Below the pieces are notes generated by a model. That model worked only from the letters and a program-made list of their open reading frames with translations. It made no database searches and was not told where the DNA came from. This document shows, one piece after another, positions 39,000 to 48,585 of a DNA stretch of 64,000 nucleotides. The DNA lies in assembly GCA_048939245.1 (NCBI GenBank), contig JBHLPR010000002.1, positions 20,332-84,331 on the forward strand, read 5' to 3'. A program made the position numbers and the translations under genes. Each line of letters opens with the position of its first letter. Within the stretch, counting starts at the first letter, position 1. The DNA comes from Promethearchaeota archaeon (GTDB lineage Archaea > Asgardarchaeota > Hermodarchaeia > Hermodarchaeales > Hermodarchaeaceae).

Positions 39000-41900
39000 A
39001 TGAGACGCGTCTCAGTCCCCACACTGGTATTCATTAGCTTACTACTAGGTAGTCTCCACTCAGTGAACCTTCTCATTGAAGTATCTCCGTTTGCAGTTCT
39101 TGCCATCCCCACTGAAAAGTCACTGAATACAGCCCCATCCCTTCCTTATTCTAGCGCTGTTTCTCCACCTGGATCGTCCCCTCCATCCGTAGCTTATGTG
39201 ACAAATACCTCAGACCTTGCCTGCTGGCAACGCAGCTTCGCAAACCGTGTGAATGAGACGCGTCTATTGGGTCTTCTCAATTCACTCTCGAGCTTCGATT
39301 GCCGTCATCCCTTCAACACCGATGGGAACGCTTCAATAGAATTGGTTACTTCCTATCTCACATCGATGGGTCTTCCTTATACTAGTGACTGGTTTCTAAT
39401 CCCCAAGGAAATATGGACAGGTTCTGGGTATGTTTATCAGAATTACTGGACACGAAACCTCTATCTCACTCCCTGGGAAGTTAATCCCTCCGCACCAACT
39501 CTCATTGTCACCTGTCATCTTGATTCCGCACGCCATGGATTACTCGGAATGTCGACGACGAATGCCCCAGGAGCAAATGACAATGCAGCAGGTATAGCAT
39601 CAATTCTCGAAGCTCTTCAGATCCTAGCAAGAAGTTCTGAATCCTCCCAGAATTGGAATGTTCTCATCGCATTCCTCGGGGGCGAAGAAGGAAATGGCAC
39701 ACTCTCCTTGTTAGGCTCTCGACAACTCCTCTCTCATGGACTTGAGACATTAGCAATCAATCCTTCCACTTCCTTTGTTCTCAATATTGATGAAATTGCT
39801 TATCAAGGAGCCATCAGTCCCTCAACCCTTGCCTTGTATCGGTACCTTGACGATGAAATTGCTCCACTCCAACTGCCCCTTACCATGACTTCAGAAAATT
39901 TAAACGTTAAGTTGATTGATACTCAAAGCCCGCGTACGCCCGATTTCGCAGCAATTCAAAGTGATGCTGGTTGGTGTATTTCAGAATGGGCCTATTACAC
40001 AAATAATATTCCCTCTCTAACGATATCCACAAGTCCCTACCCAGACCCCTATAAACATACCATCTATGATGGAATCTCACGTTGTAGCCTTGTTAACATC
40101 GTAAACACAACCAAACTATTCATTGGGCTCATTCTAGCCCTCACAATTGACCTCCCTGCGAACTCCCCCAATAATGCTGCTGCTTGGCTACCAATCCTCT
40201 CGCAGGAGGCTAACATCACTACCACTGATTACCTAGATCCCTCTCTATCAACCTATCAAGCTCTTGTATTGGATCCCCTCATTACCATCGATGCCAGTGT
40301 CACCGCTCAACTACTCCAGGCTTCGCTTCCTCTGCTCTTACTCGGAAACGCTGGTGCCTATTTTCTTCACCTCTCCAATGGCTTTTCCGTCACAACTCAA
40401 GGAATCCTTGCTCTGCAGGTCCAAGGACTCAAAGCCTTTCATCCCATCATTCAAAGTCCTTGGCTACTTGAAAACGAAAATGCACAACTATTTCAGAACT
40501 GTTCAACTGTCCACGCAGTTTCCTCCATCTCTGCAAGTCTCGTCCTCGTGGGCAATTCTACGTGGTGTTCATTGGTGTATTTACCACCCCCACTAATGGA
40601 GCTCCCGACACTATTTCTCGGATTAGATTTGCCGGAAAGCCAAATAAGCAAACAAATCTGCGCACAAGGGTTAGCCTGGCTCTTAGATAACAACCCAGTT
40701 GGAGTCTGCTTAGGAGTCAATCAACAAGCTCCTTCTGTAGGAGATTCACCCCTGCTCAATATTTTTGTCGGGGATTTAGCAAACTGGACAGGACACCCCA
40801 ATGAGGCAATTCGACTCAACATCACGGTTCTTGGATCCTCAGAGGAATATCGCCTAATTACTAATGAAACGGGGATTGCACAACTTGAACTCTTCCTTAA
40901 GGCACCCACACAATATGATGTTAAGGCACAATCGACATCTGGATTAGAATCCTTCTATACTCTCACGCCATTATCTGTCTGTTCAGCCACCTTACAATAT
41001 CCTCATTCCATCAAGCAGGGAGAGCGTCTCTCAGTTACTTGCTTCATCAATTCCTCTTGGGACACATCAGCTTACATCAATCTCAGTCTCTTTGCAGAAG
41101 AAGTAGGGGGCGTCTTCAAACCAAATCTACTTCTCATACCTGGTGAAAACTTCATTCATCTAAACCTTGAAATCCTTCCCAACTGTCCCCCTCAAACCTA
41201 CAACCTCACCCTATTCATACACGCTTCTCCCCTCCTCTTATTTACCGACCAATTCCCATTGCAGGTACAGACGGCTTTCATACTCACTATCATCGAGCTT
41301 CCAGATAATACCTTACAGAATCAACCCTTTCCTTTAACAGTGAATCTAACAAACCTTGGGTCTCAGGGTAGGGCATTTGAAATCGTTGCTAATCCCAACT
41401 TCGTAGGAGCCACCCAAGTCATTATTCAAAGCAACGAGACTCGATCCATTACATTCCTCATTCAATATATGCCCCAAACGGTCATAGACACAGGATTCCG
41501 TCAGCTGTCTCTCACACTCCTCACAATGAATCAACAAATCCTCACTATCGAAAATACACTATTTGTTGGCTACGCCATTGTCAATCTCGTCATTACCTTC
41601 CTCCCACCCATTTTCCTATGTGGACTCTGTATTCTTGGAATTTTCTGGTTGAGAAACGCAAAACGCTCCCAAAAACAAACACCGTCAGAAGCATCCGCGC
41701 CTCCAATAACTACTCCCTCAAATGAACAGGTAATGCAAATTCAATTGGGTACAAACTCCGGAGAAACAAGAACACAACTGCCAATCAACCCTCAAGTAAA
41801 GCGACAGTTGTCACAAGTAATCCAGAAGTTAAGACTAGCCAAAACCAGCTCAAAATACTATTCAAATGATCGTATAGTCCTCGCCTGGGAAAAGAATGGT

Positions 41901-42017
41901 CAAGAACTCCACATCATTCTCCAAGGAGAAAACCACCAACTCATCCAACAGCTCTTCAGACTGCTCTCGGATTCAACCCTCTTTCAAACCCAACAAGGTG
42001 ATTCAACTGATTTCTAG
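39000..42017 (+). CDS. Membrane-anchored M28 family metallopeptidase with GATase-like and Ig-like domains
   Basis: Signal peptide; TCHLDS, GANDNAAG, GGEEG, NIDEI, YKHTIYD; Ig-like region; TM near residue 870. Confidence 0.85.
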   Translation: MRRVSVPTLVFISLLLGSLHSVNLLIEVSPFAVLAIPTEKSLNTAPSLPYSSAVSPPGSSPPSVAYVTNTSDLACWQRSFANRVNETRLLGLLNSLSSFDCRHPFNTDGNASIELVTSYLTSMGLPYTSDWFLIPKEIWTGSGYVYQNYWTRNLYLTPWEVNPSAPTLIVTCHLDSARHGLLGMSTTNAPGANDNAAGIASILEALQILARSSESSQNWNVLIAFLGGEEGNGTLSLLGSRQLLSHGLETLAINPSTSFVLNIDEIAYQGAISPSTLALYRYLDDEIAPLQLPLTMTSENLNVKLIDTQSPRTPDFAAIQSDAGWCISEWAYYTNNIPSLTISTSPYPDPYKHTIYDGISRCSLVNIVNTTKLFIGLILALTIDLPANSPNNAAAWLPILSQEANITTTDYLDPSLSTYQALVLDPLITIDASVTAQLLQASLPLLLLGNAGAYFLHLSNGFSVTTQGILALQVQGLKAFHPIIQSPWLLENENAQLFQNCSTVHAVSSISASLVLVGNSTWCSLVYLPPPLMELPTLFLGLDLPESQISKQICAQGLAWLLDNNPVGVCLGVNQQAPSVGDSPLLNIFVGDLANWTGHPNEAIRLNITVLGSSEEYRLITNETGIAQLELFLKAPTQYDVKAQSTSGLESFYTLTPLSVCSATLQYPHSIKQGERLSVTCFINSSWDTSAYINLSLFAEEVGGVFKPNLLLIPGENFIHLNLEILPNCPPQTYNLTLFIHASPLLLFTDQFPLQVQTAFILTIIELPDNTLQNQPFPLTVNLTNLGSQGRAFEIVANPNFVGATQVIIQSNETRSITFLIQYMPQTVIDTGFRQLSLTLLTMNQQILTIENTLFVGYAIVNLVITFLPPIFLCGLCILGIFWLRNAKRSQKQTPSEASAPPITTPSNEQVMQIQLGTNSGETRTQLPINPQVKRQLSQVIQKLRLAKTSSKYYSNDRIVLAWEKNGQELHIILQGENHQLIQQLFRLLSDSTLFQTQQGDSTDF

Positions 42018-42510
42018 CTTATATACTAGTCTTACAATTGCAGTTCTACTAATCTTCTTCCTTGAAACACTTACTGCCATATGCCTTTATCGCCAACATC
42101 GAAACCACTTAAAATCCAAATCCACACAAAAGCTTCTAGTGCTTGTTAACTTCAATCATTCCTCTTATTCAACGCGTTACCCACTCAATACCCAAGATAA
42201 CAGGATCCCCTCTCCACAAATCTCCAAACTCGCTATCAACGATTTATCTCATTTTCCGCCTCAAGGTAAGTGGATTCGATTCAAGCACAGCCTCTGCCTT
42301 TCCACCGTCTTTGTCATCTCTTTTCTTCTCCTCCACGTTATACTCAGACCTTACACGTCTTCATGGACCCTAATTCTTCTCCCCATTCTGATTCCGATTC
42401 CTTTCCTCGTCCTCCCCTCTCTCCTCAATTTAAAATCCTTTGCAACCTTTAGCTGTCTTTTGGGCGGACTTGGCATAAGCGCGATTATTCTTGTCGTATT
42501 CTTAAGGTAA
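41998..42510 (+). CDS. Small membrane protein
   Basis: Probable GTG start overlapping the M28 gene end; about 4 TM. Confidence 0.5.
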   Translation: MIQLISSLYTSLTIAVLLIFFLETLTAICLYRQHRNHLKSKSTQKLLVLVNFNHSSYSTRYPLNTQDNRIPSPQISKLAINDLSHFPPQGKWIRFKHSLCLSTVFVISFLLLHVILRPYTSSWTLILLPILIPIPFLVLPSLLNLKSFATFSCLLGGLGISAIILVVFLR

Positions 42511-42849
42511 TGCAAAATATCTATACAAAAAATAAATTCAGTCCGAAAACCGAGTATTCAAATCCGAACGTTGGGTACCAATACCTCCAGAACTTCTCGC
42601 CATCAAGTTGTAGAAATCTAGTCTCTCATAACTCTATTCAAACTCAGAAAATCGGTAAGCGACATTACCGACGAAGGATGTCTTCTATGATAGCTACGTG
42701 TCAATCTGCACTGCAAGAATCTGCCAAATATCTGTTAGCATTAAACTCATCCAGTTCTCCGTAATTCTGAAATCACATATTTATCCAGTTGCTAAACTTC
42801 TTATGGCTCCGATATTAAACTACCTTGAAAAATAATCAAGGGGATACAT

Positions 42850-43791
42850 GTGAGTACTACCCGGCTTGGCCGCGTTGCCAAAGAGGCACTGCTCCTCATT
42901 CGGAAATTTATGGGTCAGGGCGATTTCCAACGGGCATCCAATGCAGCCCTCAACGCGGCAGAAGCCTTCAACGAAATGGCCAAGCACTCCTCTGGATCCT
43001 CTTCCAAGCTTGCCTATCAACGAGCCCGGACCCTGGTGGAAATCACCAAAGCTCTAAGACGTGAAGAACCTCTACCCGTCCATCTGGTTGACGCGCTGGA
43101 CAGTTTCTTCCTTGAAGACAAAGAACCGCTACCCCCGCCACCGGTCAATGAAGAAGAATCACCAGTCCTAGAAACCACATCTACAGAAGACTCTGATGAA
43201 TCGATGGAGCTCGAATCCGTCTTGCAAACCTCAGAAGCGATGGAGCCGACACTTCACCAACTACTCAATGGAATTTCCATTGCTTGCACACTTGTTGAAA
43301 TGCTAGAACGCGCAACCCAAAGCATTCGAATTATGGTCCAAAATCTGACTGATGTCAAAACAATTGCCATTGGCACGGACTCCTGTGAAGTAAACCTCCT
43401 AGATCGGCTAATCGCAAAAGCGAACGAAGGTGTAAAAATCCGCATTATTATCCGCGAACCCGAAGCATTTGGTGCGGCTTCTAAGCACTTCCAAGAAGCT
43501 GTCGAAAAACTCCTCCAAGAAAGCCCAGCCATAGAAATCTTGGTGTGTGCTCAAATGCATATCAAATCCCTCATCGTTGATGAAACAGAAGTCCTTGAAG
43601 GTAGTGCGAATTTTACCGCGAAAGGGTTATCCGGAATTGGTGAACAAGCCACATGGACAAACAATTCTGAGTTTGTAGCCAAGTTTATACAACGATTTGA
43701 TCAATATTGGATTCATCAAAGTTCTGAATGCACTGCATGCAAAAATAGAACTTGTGAGGTCCATCCATTAACTCGCCGTACGCCCCCATAA
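42850..43791 (+). CDS. Phospholipase D-superfamily protein (single HKD) with N-terminal helical bundle and C-terminal CxxC-x4-CxxH
   Basis: HIKSLIVD-x6-GSANFT, GVKIRII; acidic Pro-rich linker; tail CTACKNRTCEVH. Confidence 0.85.
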   Translation: MSTTRLGRVAKEALLLIRKFMGQGDFQRASNAALNAAEAFNEMAKHSSGSSSKLAYQRARTLVEITKALRREEPLPVHLVDALDSFFLEDKEPLPPPPVNEEESPVLETTSTEDSDESMELESVLQTSEAMEPTLHQLLNGISIACTLVEMLERATQSIRIMVQNLTDVKTIAIGTDSCEVNLLDRLIAKANEGVKIRIIIREPEAFGAASKHFQEAVEKLLQESPAIEILVCAQMHIKSLIVDETEVLEGSANFTAKGLSGIGEQATWTNNSEFVAKFIQRFDQYWIHQSSECTACKNRTCEVHPLTRRTPP

Positions 43792-44081
43792 CTGACGATT
43801 CCTGATAGCAATATGGGTACTCGTTTTTTTCAAATGAAAGAATTATCTGGAGACAGGCTAGTCTTTGAGAATTCCGCTTGAAAAAATCGTCTATTATGGT
43901 CTTATTTAAATCTAAAATGGTTTTAAAGCACTTGGAATCCAATTCAACGTTTCTTATAATCTATTAAGGATTTTTAGGCATTTAGGGTCATTTTTCTTCT
44001 ACCCTTCGGGGAGTTTAAATAACAAACAACGGCTTTCTCTCTTTTTCAAGGGCTACCGCCGAGCAGGGGGCGAATCAACGC

Positions 44082-45845
44082 TTGGCGACAACAGCACGCA
44101 CACAACAAAAGGCAAAAGAAAATCTTAGTAAAAACCAACGCCGACATTACCGGCAAGAACTTCGGAAACGCTTGAAAACAATCCAAGCTGAAATCACCCA
44201 GTTAACAGACCGTACCCCACCCCTCCCAACGCGAATAGAATTCTATGACGATGACGCTCTCACAAATCCCGGGTTCTGTGGAACCTACGAAGACAAAAAA
44301 TTACGTATAGCAACGCAACTCATACAACGACCTCTTCTTCTCGACACAGTATGCTACCGGGAAATGTATACCGTCTTACTACCGCAGGTTGTCAAAGAGG
44401 TTCCAGAAAGTGGTGACCTAGGTCTTCTTTGTGCCCATCAACATACTAACAAAAATGAGCATGATCAACTCCTGAAAATATGGCAAGTTGTTTCTCCCCG
44501 GCGATTTTATGGCGATGTCATTTACAACGCTCCATTTTCATTTCCACTCTTTAATCGCGTCACCCAGGATACATTTCTTGGACGCGTGCTTCCATTCTTT
44601 AATGAACTTGAACCTGCAATCACCCCCCTCTCGTCCCGCGAATATGTTGATCTGTTAGAGACCTTTATGTTGAATTATGCATCACCATTAAACGAGCATG
44701 AATTACGGGTTCTGCATCTTATCCAGGAGAATCCCACCGCCTCTCTTCGAGAACTCCAGCAAATCTCATCATATTCCCTAGGATCGCTTAGTAGTTACAT
44801 GACAAACTTTCGAGAAAAACTTCTCCTCTCTCGGTTCTACCGGGTAAATTTTCCTCGGATACGATTGAACCATGTCGCAGTTCTCGCATATCCTGCACCA
44901 GGTAGTCGTGTCTCTCGGTATATCGAGCTATGTCCCTATCTTCGGAAGATTCACAGGTTTGGTGGAAGTGGGGCCCCCTACCTCCTAAGTTATACTCTTC
45001 CACGATTACGTATTCGTCGGCTCCAAGAATGGCTTCAAGAGCTGGTTAGTCTTGGTCACCTAATCCGATACCGTTTCTACCCGCTAAGTGGCGTGTTCAA
45101 CGGATATAACCTCCGAAGTTATCTCGCCCATGGCGATGAGGTTCCTGTCGCCGAACGATTTCGTTGGGTAGCTTGGATCCGTTATTTGCGGGATGTCTTA
45201 ATCCGAGAAGGTTACGGAGAAGTGCTGGCTCAACCCTATATCTACGAATATGATGATCCAAACATCAAAGCCGCTGAATTAAATCCACTTGCCTATCAGG
45301 TGCTAGCCCATGTAACTCCTGAAACAACGGCTGAGGATTTAGCCCAGCTCCTTGGGGAATCCGTCCACTCCATCCGACGACAGCTAAAATCACTCTTCAA
45401 GCAGCAGGTTCTCTTTCAAAGACCTGATTTGGCTATGTACCATCTGGGACTTAATGAAACAATATTCATCATCCTCGAAGGAACAGAAGAGCTCGTACGT
45501 AACTTTCTAGCTGGTTGTAAGGAAGCGCCACTGTATGGTGGATCGGTATTCCATCATCCAACTCCTGGATGCATTGTTGCCTTTGGATTGCCTACTGGTT
45601 TAGCGCTCAAAGTAGGACGCGAACTCGATCATCTTTTTCTTGAACAAGATGAATTTGATGCAGCCGTATTCTATGGTAGTGGTGCTAAAGATTTCATTAT
45701 GAATCAAGTGCGCCAACGTTGCCCGTTCAATTACGAATTAGGGCAATGGCAATGGTTCCGAGAGTATTTTCCAACAGCTTTTGATCATGTCGAATCCCAA
45801 CAACGAGAACTACAGGAAACAGAACGTTTACACTTCACAGGATAA
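44082..45845 (+). CDS. Tandem Lrp/AsnC-like winged-HTH regulator with N-terminal extra domain
   Basis: HTH1 LNEHELRVLHLIQENPTASLRELQQ; HTH2 TAEDLAQLLGESVHSIRRQLKSL; each followed by a ferredoxin-like segment. Confidence 0.65.
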   Translation: MATTARTQQKAKENLSKNQRRHYRQELRKRLKTIQAEITQLTDRTPPLPTRIEFYDDDALTNPGFCGTYEDKKLRIATQLIQRPLLLDTVCYREMYTVLLPQVVKEVPESGDLGLLCAHQHTNKNEHDQLLKIWQVVSPRRFYGDVIYNAPFSFPLFNRVTQDTFLGRVLPFFNELEPAITPLSSREYVDLLETFMLNYASPLNEHELRVLHLIQENPTASLRELQQISSYSLGSLSSYMTNFREKLLLSRFYRVNFPRIRLNHVAVLAYPAPGSRVSRYIELCPYLRKIHRFGGSGAPYLLSYTLPRLRIRRLQEWLQELVSLGHLIRYRFYPLSGVFNGYNLRSYLAHGDEVPVAERFRWVAWIRYLRDVLIREGYGEVLAQPYIYEYDDPNIKAAELNPLAYQVLAHVTPETTAEDLAQLLGESVHSIRRQLKSLFKQQVLFQRPDLAMYHLGLNETIFIILEGTEELVRNFLAGCKEAPLYGGSVFHHPTPGCIVAFGLPTGLALKVGRELDHLFLEQDEFDAAVFYGSGAKDFIMNQVRQRCPFNYELGQWQWFREYFPTAFDHVESQQRELQETERLHFTG

Positions 45846-45866
45846 TTAATTTCTAGGAGGAAAAAA

Positions 45867-46202
45867 ATGAACAAACCCAAAGAGTTCAATGGCAAATCGT
45901 TTTTATTCGAACAGGGTGAATTGGAGACCAAACTAAAACGGCGTGGACCGGGGCGAGGAATCGGAGAAAAACGAATCAACCAAGAACGGCTGGATATGTT
46001 GAAAACTCTTTTTCAAAATCTCGAAAATATTCATAGATTTCTTATCCAAGAGGGGCATTCCATAATCAATGAGAGTGGTTCAATTCTTTCATCTGGATCA
46101 CATGATAATCTTGACCAGATGTTGGTGCTTCTTGAGGATTTTCTGTGGACTCTCAACTGTTCTATTGCAAAAAATGGAGGTGACCCACGGCTTCTTAGAT
46201 AA
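45867..46202 (+). CDS. Hypothetical protein
   Basis: Strong AGGAGG SD; 111 aa, helical. Confidence 0.55.
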   Translation: MNKPKEFNGKSFLFEQGELETKLKRRGPGRGIGEKRINQERLDMLKTLFQNLENIHRFLIQEGHSIINESGSILSSGSHDNLDQMLVLLEDFLWTLNCSIAKNGGDPRLLR

Positions 46203-46917
46203 GGCGCGTTTGGTGACCAAAACTCGGTCGAATAAAATATACCTGGTCTATCTGCTTTTCAAAGTTGAGAAGAAAGGCGTTTAAGAGTGCAGCAGGCACG
46301 ATGGGGATCTGCTCATGAAAGTGGATGTCTTCAGTAAGCATGGTTACCAGCATCGGTATCAAGATGGGTGCCGTCCAATCTAGGCAACCAAGATCTGCCT
46401 GAAACTTCGCAAAATTCATTGCAAGAACCTCAGTACGCTCCTTCTGAGCCTCCGCAGCATTTCGGAGACTAGTAGCTTTTCCTAACCGCACTCCATACTG
46501 CTTACAGTCAATAGAAAACAATACAGGTTGACGACCAGCAACAATATCGATTTCATACCGACGCTTGCGAGAGAAACGAAATCGATGACAAACATGGAAC
46601 TCGTGAAATATTAGCACTCGTGCAACGAATTGTTCGAATTCTTGCCAGGTTAAAGCTGAAAGGACTGGGCGATTTGGCTCCCCCAATTGGAGGGCTCGAA
46701 TCGCTACGCGAACCTTAGAGTATCCTGAGAACATCCATTGGGTTTTTTCTCTTTGAAGAAGCTGTGCAGATTCTAATGAATGGAGAAAAGACGAATTTTG
46801 AATCATATCGGGAAGTTGTCTAGTTTGAAAGGAACTTTCTCCTTTCGTTGCTATCAATAGCGATCGAAGCTGTGATCCCTCATTGAACGATGAGAGGATT
46901 TGTTCCTCGTGATTCAT
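46195..46917 (-). CDS. Restriction-endonuclease-like (Mrr/NERD-type PD-(D/E)xK) nuclease
   Basis: WQEFEQFV, YEIDIVA, IDCKQY. Confidence 0.8.
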   Translation of the reverse strand: MNHEEQILSSFNEGSQLRSLLIATKGESSFQTRQLPDMIQNSSFLHSLESAQLLQREKTQWMFSGYSKVRVAIRALQLGEPNRPVLSALTWQEFEQFVARVLIFHEFHVCHRFRFSRKRRYEIDIVAGRQPVLFSIDCKQYGVRLGKATSLRNAAEAQKERTEVLAMNFAKFQADLGCLDWTAPILIPMLVTMLTEDIHFHEQIPIVPAALLNAFLLNFEKQIDQVYFIRPSFGHQTRLI

Positions 46918-46971
46918 AGAATCCAGACATAATCACCTCAAACGTTTCCACAGTCCCAGGTATACACAAGG

Positions 46972-47358
46972 CTAGATTTCTAATTCGCGGAGGGTTTCAC
47001 GGATTTTTCGTAGAGCGTTATTGACTTCTCGAATAAAGAATCGTGTATTCCGTGGAACCAAAGCGGCTAGTACAACAGGTCGGTCATCTTCCAGCAGAGT
47101 AGACTTACAAACTAAAGTACCTTTTTCACACCGTATTGTAATATCCCGAATCATTCCTAGCTTGAGTTCGTCTCGCGCTCGGTCTGCCGTATCAAAGACA
47201 TAACTCCCCATTGCTGCCGCTACTTTTTCATCGACTCCACGACTCACAGCTGAAGCAATGACAAATCCTTCATCTGTGGCAATGATACTAGCTTTGACAC
47301 GGTCAGTCTTATTCAATTTCTCCAAGATTCCTGTGAGTGAATGCAACGTTGAGGGCAT
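46972..47358 (-). CDS. Roadblock/LC7 domain protein
   Basis: VKASIIATDEGFVIAS, VAAAMG, RARDELKLG, ITIRCEKG. Confidence 0.9.
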   Translation of the reverse strand: MPSTLHSLTGILEKLNKTDRVKASIIATDEGFVIASAVSRGVDEKVAAAMGSYVFDTADRARDELKLGMIRDITIRCEKGTLVCKSTLLEDDRPVVLAALVPRNTRFFIREVNNALRKIRETLRELEI

Positions 47359-47530
47359 ACCAGATCCTCCGATATCCAATAATCTCCGCTGTACTACTTC
47401 CTAATTCGCATAACCGCTTATAAATTCAGCTTGCGTTCAGTATTCTGTCTTTAAACTGAAAAATTCCCAACACGTAAGCTTATAGAGAACATATCTCATC
47501 AAATGAACCAAGAATTAGAGGTTAATCTAC

Positions 47531-48136
47531 ATGAGCCTAGCTCTCCATCAGATCTGGATAATCATCACAACTATGATCTTGACAGGTTGTAGTCTTGTCC
47601 TCCTTTTCTTCCGCCACCGAATTCCCGGATTCTTCGAGTACAACGAATCGTTCCTCTCGCTTTTTGGCATCGAATCTAATCAGGCTAACTGGGTTCGTTA
47701 CCTGTTTAACTGGGCCATAGGCACATGCATGGCCACTGTCGTGTATACCCTTATCATCAACGTCAATGAAAATCTCCTTATCCTTACAGGGCTTAGGGGG
47801 ATTCCCCTTGATTTAGTCATCATTCCCCTCGCCATCATTAGCATTATCTTATCGATTCTGCTTATTTCCGCGGCTCTCGTACCGATGCTTATTGTCCCGT
47901 TGGTCCCCCCTTCCGCCTTGGGTATTCTTCTCATTCTCCAGTTCTATGGAATACACCCAAGCTCCTTCACCATAACAAGTCTTTCTTCGGCTTTCATCTA
48001 CTTTGCTGCTAGCGCAATCGGCTTTGTCGGAGCTATTCTGGCTCTTTATCATCTTATACGTACTTATTTCGGGGTGTCACTTTCACACTACTTTCAACAA
48101 CGACGCAAGGAAACCAGTTCCGTTAGTACTAATTAA
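47531..48136 (+). CDS. Hypothetical membrane protein
   Basis: About 5 TM helices; SD-like GAGGT. Confidence 0.6.
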   Translation: MSLALHQIWIIITTMILTGCSLVLLFFRHRIPGFFEYNESFLSLFGIESNQANWVRYLFNWAIGTCMATVVYTLIINVNENLLILTGLRGIPLDLVIIPLAIISIILSILLISAALVPMLIVPLVPPSALGILLILQFYGIHPSSFTITSLSSAFIYFAASAIGFVGAILALYHLIRTYFGVSLSHYFQQRRKETSSVSTN

Positions 48137-48157
48137 GACGAGTCCCCACGAAATGAG

Positions 48158-48212
48158 AAAAAAAGGAGAAAAGGACAATCCCCCGCAACACACTCGCCGA
48201 CGAAGATTGTCC
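48158..48212 (-). terminator. Stem-loop plus T-tract downstream of the histone gene
   Basis: Minus strand GGACAATCTTC...GGGGATTGTCC (with G.U pairs), then TTTTCTCCTTTTTTT. Confidence 0.6.
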
Positions 48213-48247
48213 CAGTCCTATGTATTTAGTTAATAGTGTGAGATTAA

Positions 48248-48424
48248 CTAAAAGTCGTAAGCCATCAACGTTTTTCGCTTGTTGGCTTTGGCCCGATGAG
48301 TTGCCTTTGTGATGAGTGCCTCGACAGCATCATCGATCGCTTGATAAGCATCACCGGAAACATTGAAACCCATTTTGTGGGCCTTTGCCGCTATGGCTTT
48401 CTTTACAATTTTATCAACGGCCAA
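48248..48424 (-). CDS. Short histone-fold protein with truncated alpha3 (58 aa)
   Basis: GGAGG SD then TTG start; MAVDKIVKKAIAAKAHKMGFNVSGDAYQAIDDAVEALITKATHRAKANKRKTLMAYDF; RKTxxxxD at the extreme C-terminus. Confidence 0.85.
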   Translation of the reverse strand: MAVDKIVKKAIAAKAHKMGFNVSGDAYQAIDDAVEALITKATHRAKANKRKTLMAYDF

Positions 48425-48585
48425 TTTGGTTTCCTCCAACTTGAAGAAACGGCTTCTCCTCAACACTAAGAATAAGAAGAAACGCCGCTGAAATGAGGTT
48501 TGGCGCCTTCTTCTTTAAAAAGGTTTGGGTCGCCTTGCTTTACCTTTTAAACTATATAAATCGGGATTTTTTGCGAAAATAACCC

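Noticed and set aside
42510-42764. 84-aa ORF after the surface-protein cluster
   Set aside because: No recognisable features; probably intergenic or promoter DNA.
42850-46917. PLD + HTH + PD-(D/E)xK nuclease as an anti-phage defence island
   Set aside because: Opposing orientations, no helicase/ATPase/methylase, host-like composition and no mobility marks; not excluded for the PLD alone.
48172-48212. Eukaryote-type histone mRNA 3' stem-loop
   Set aside because: No match to the 6-bp stem/4-nt loop SLBP element; an ordinary terminator suffices.
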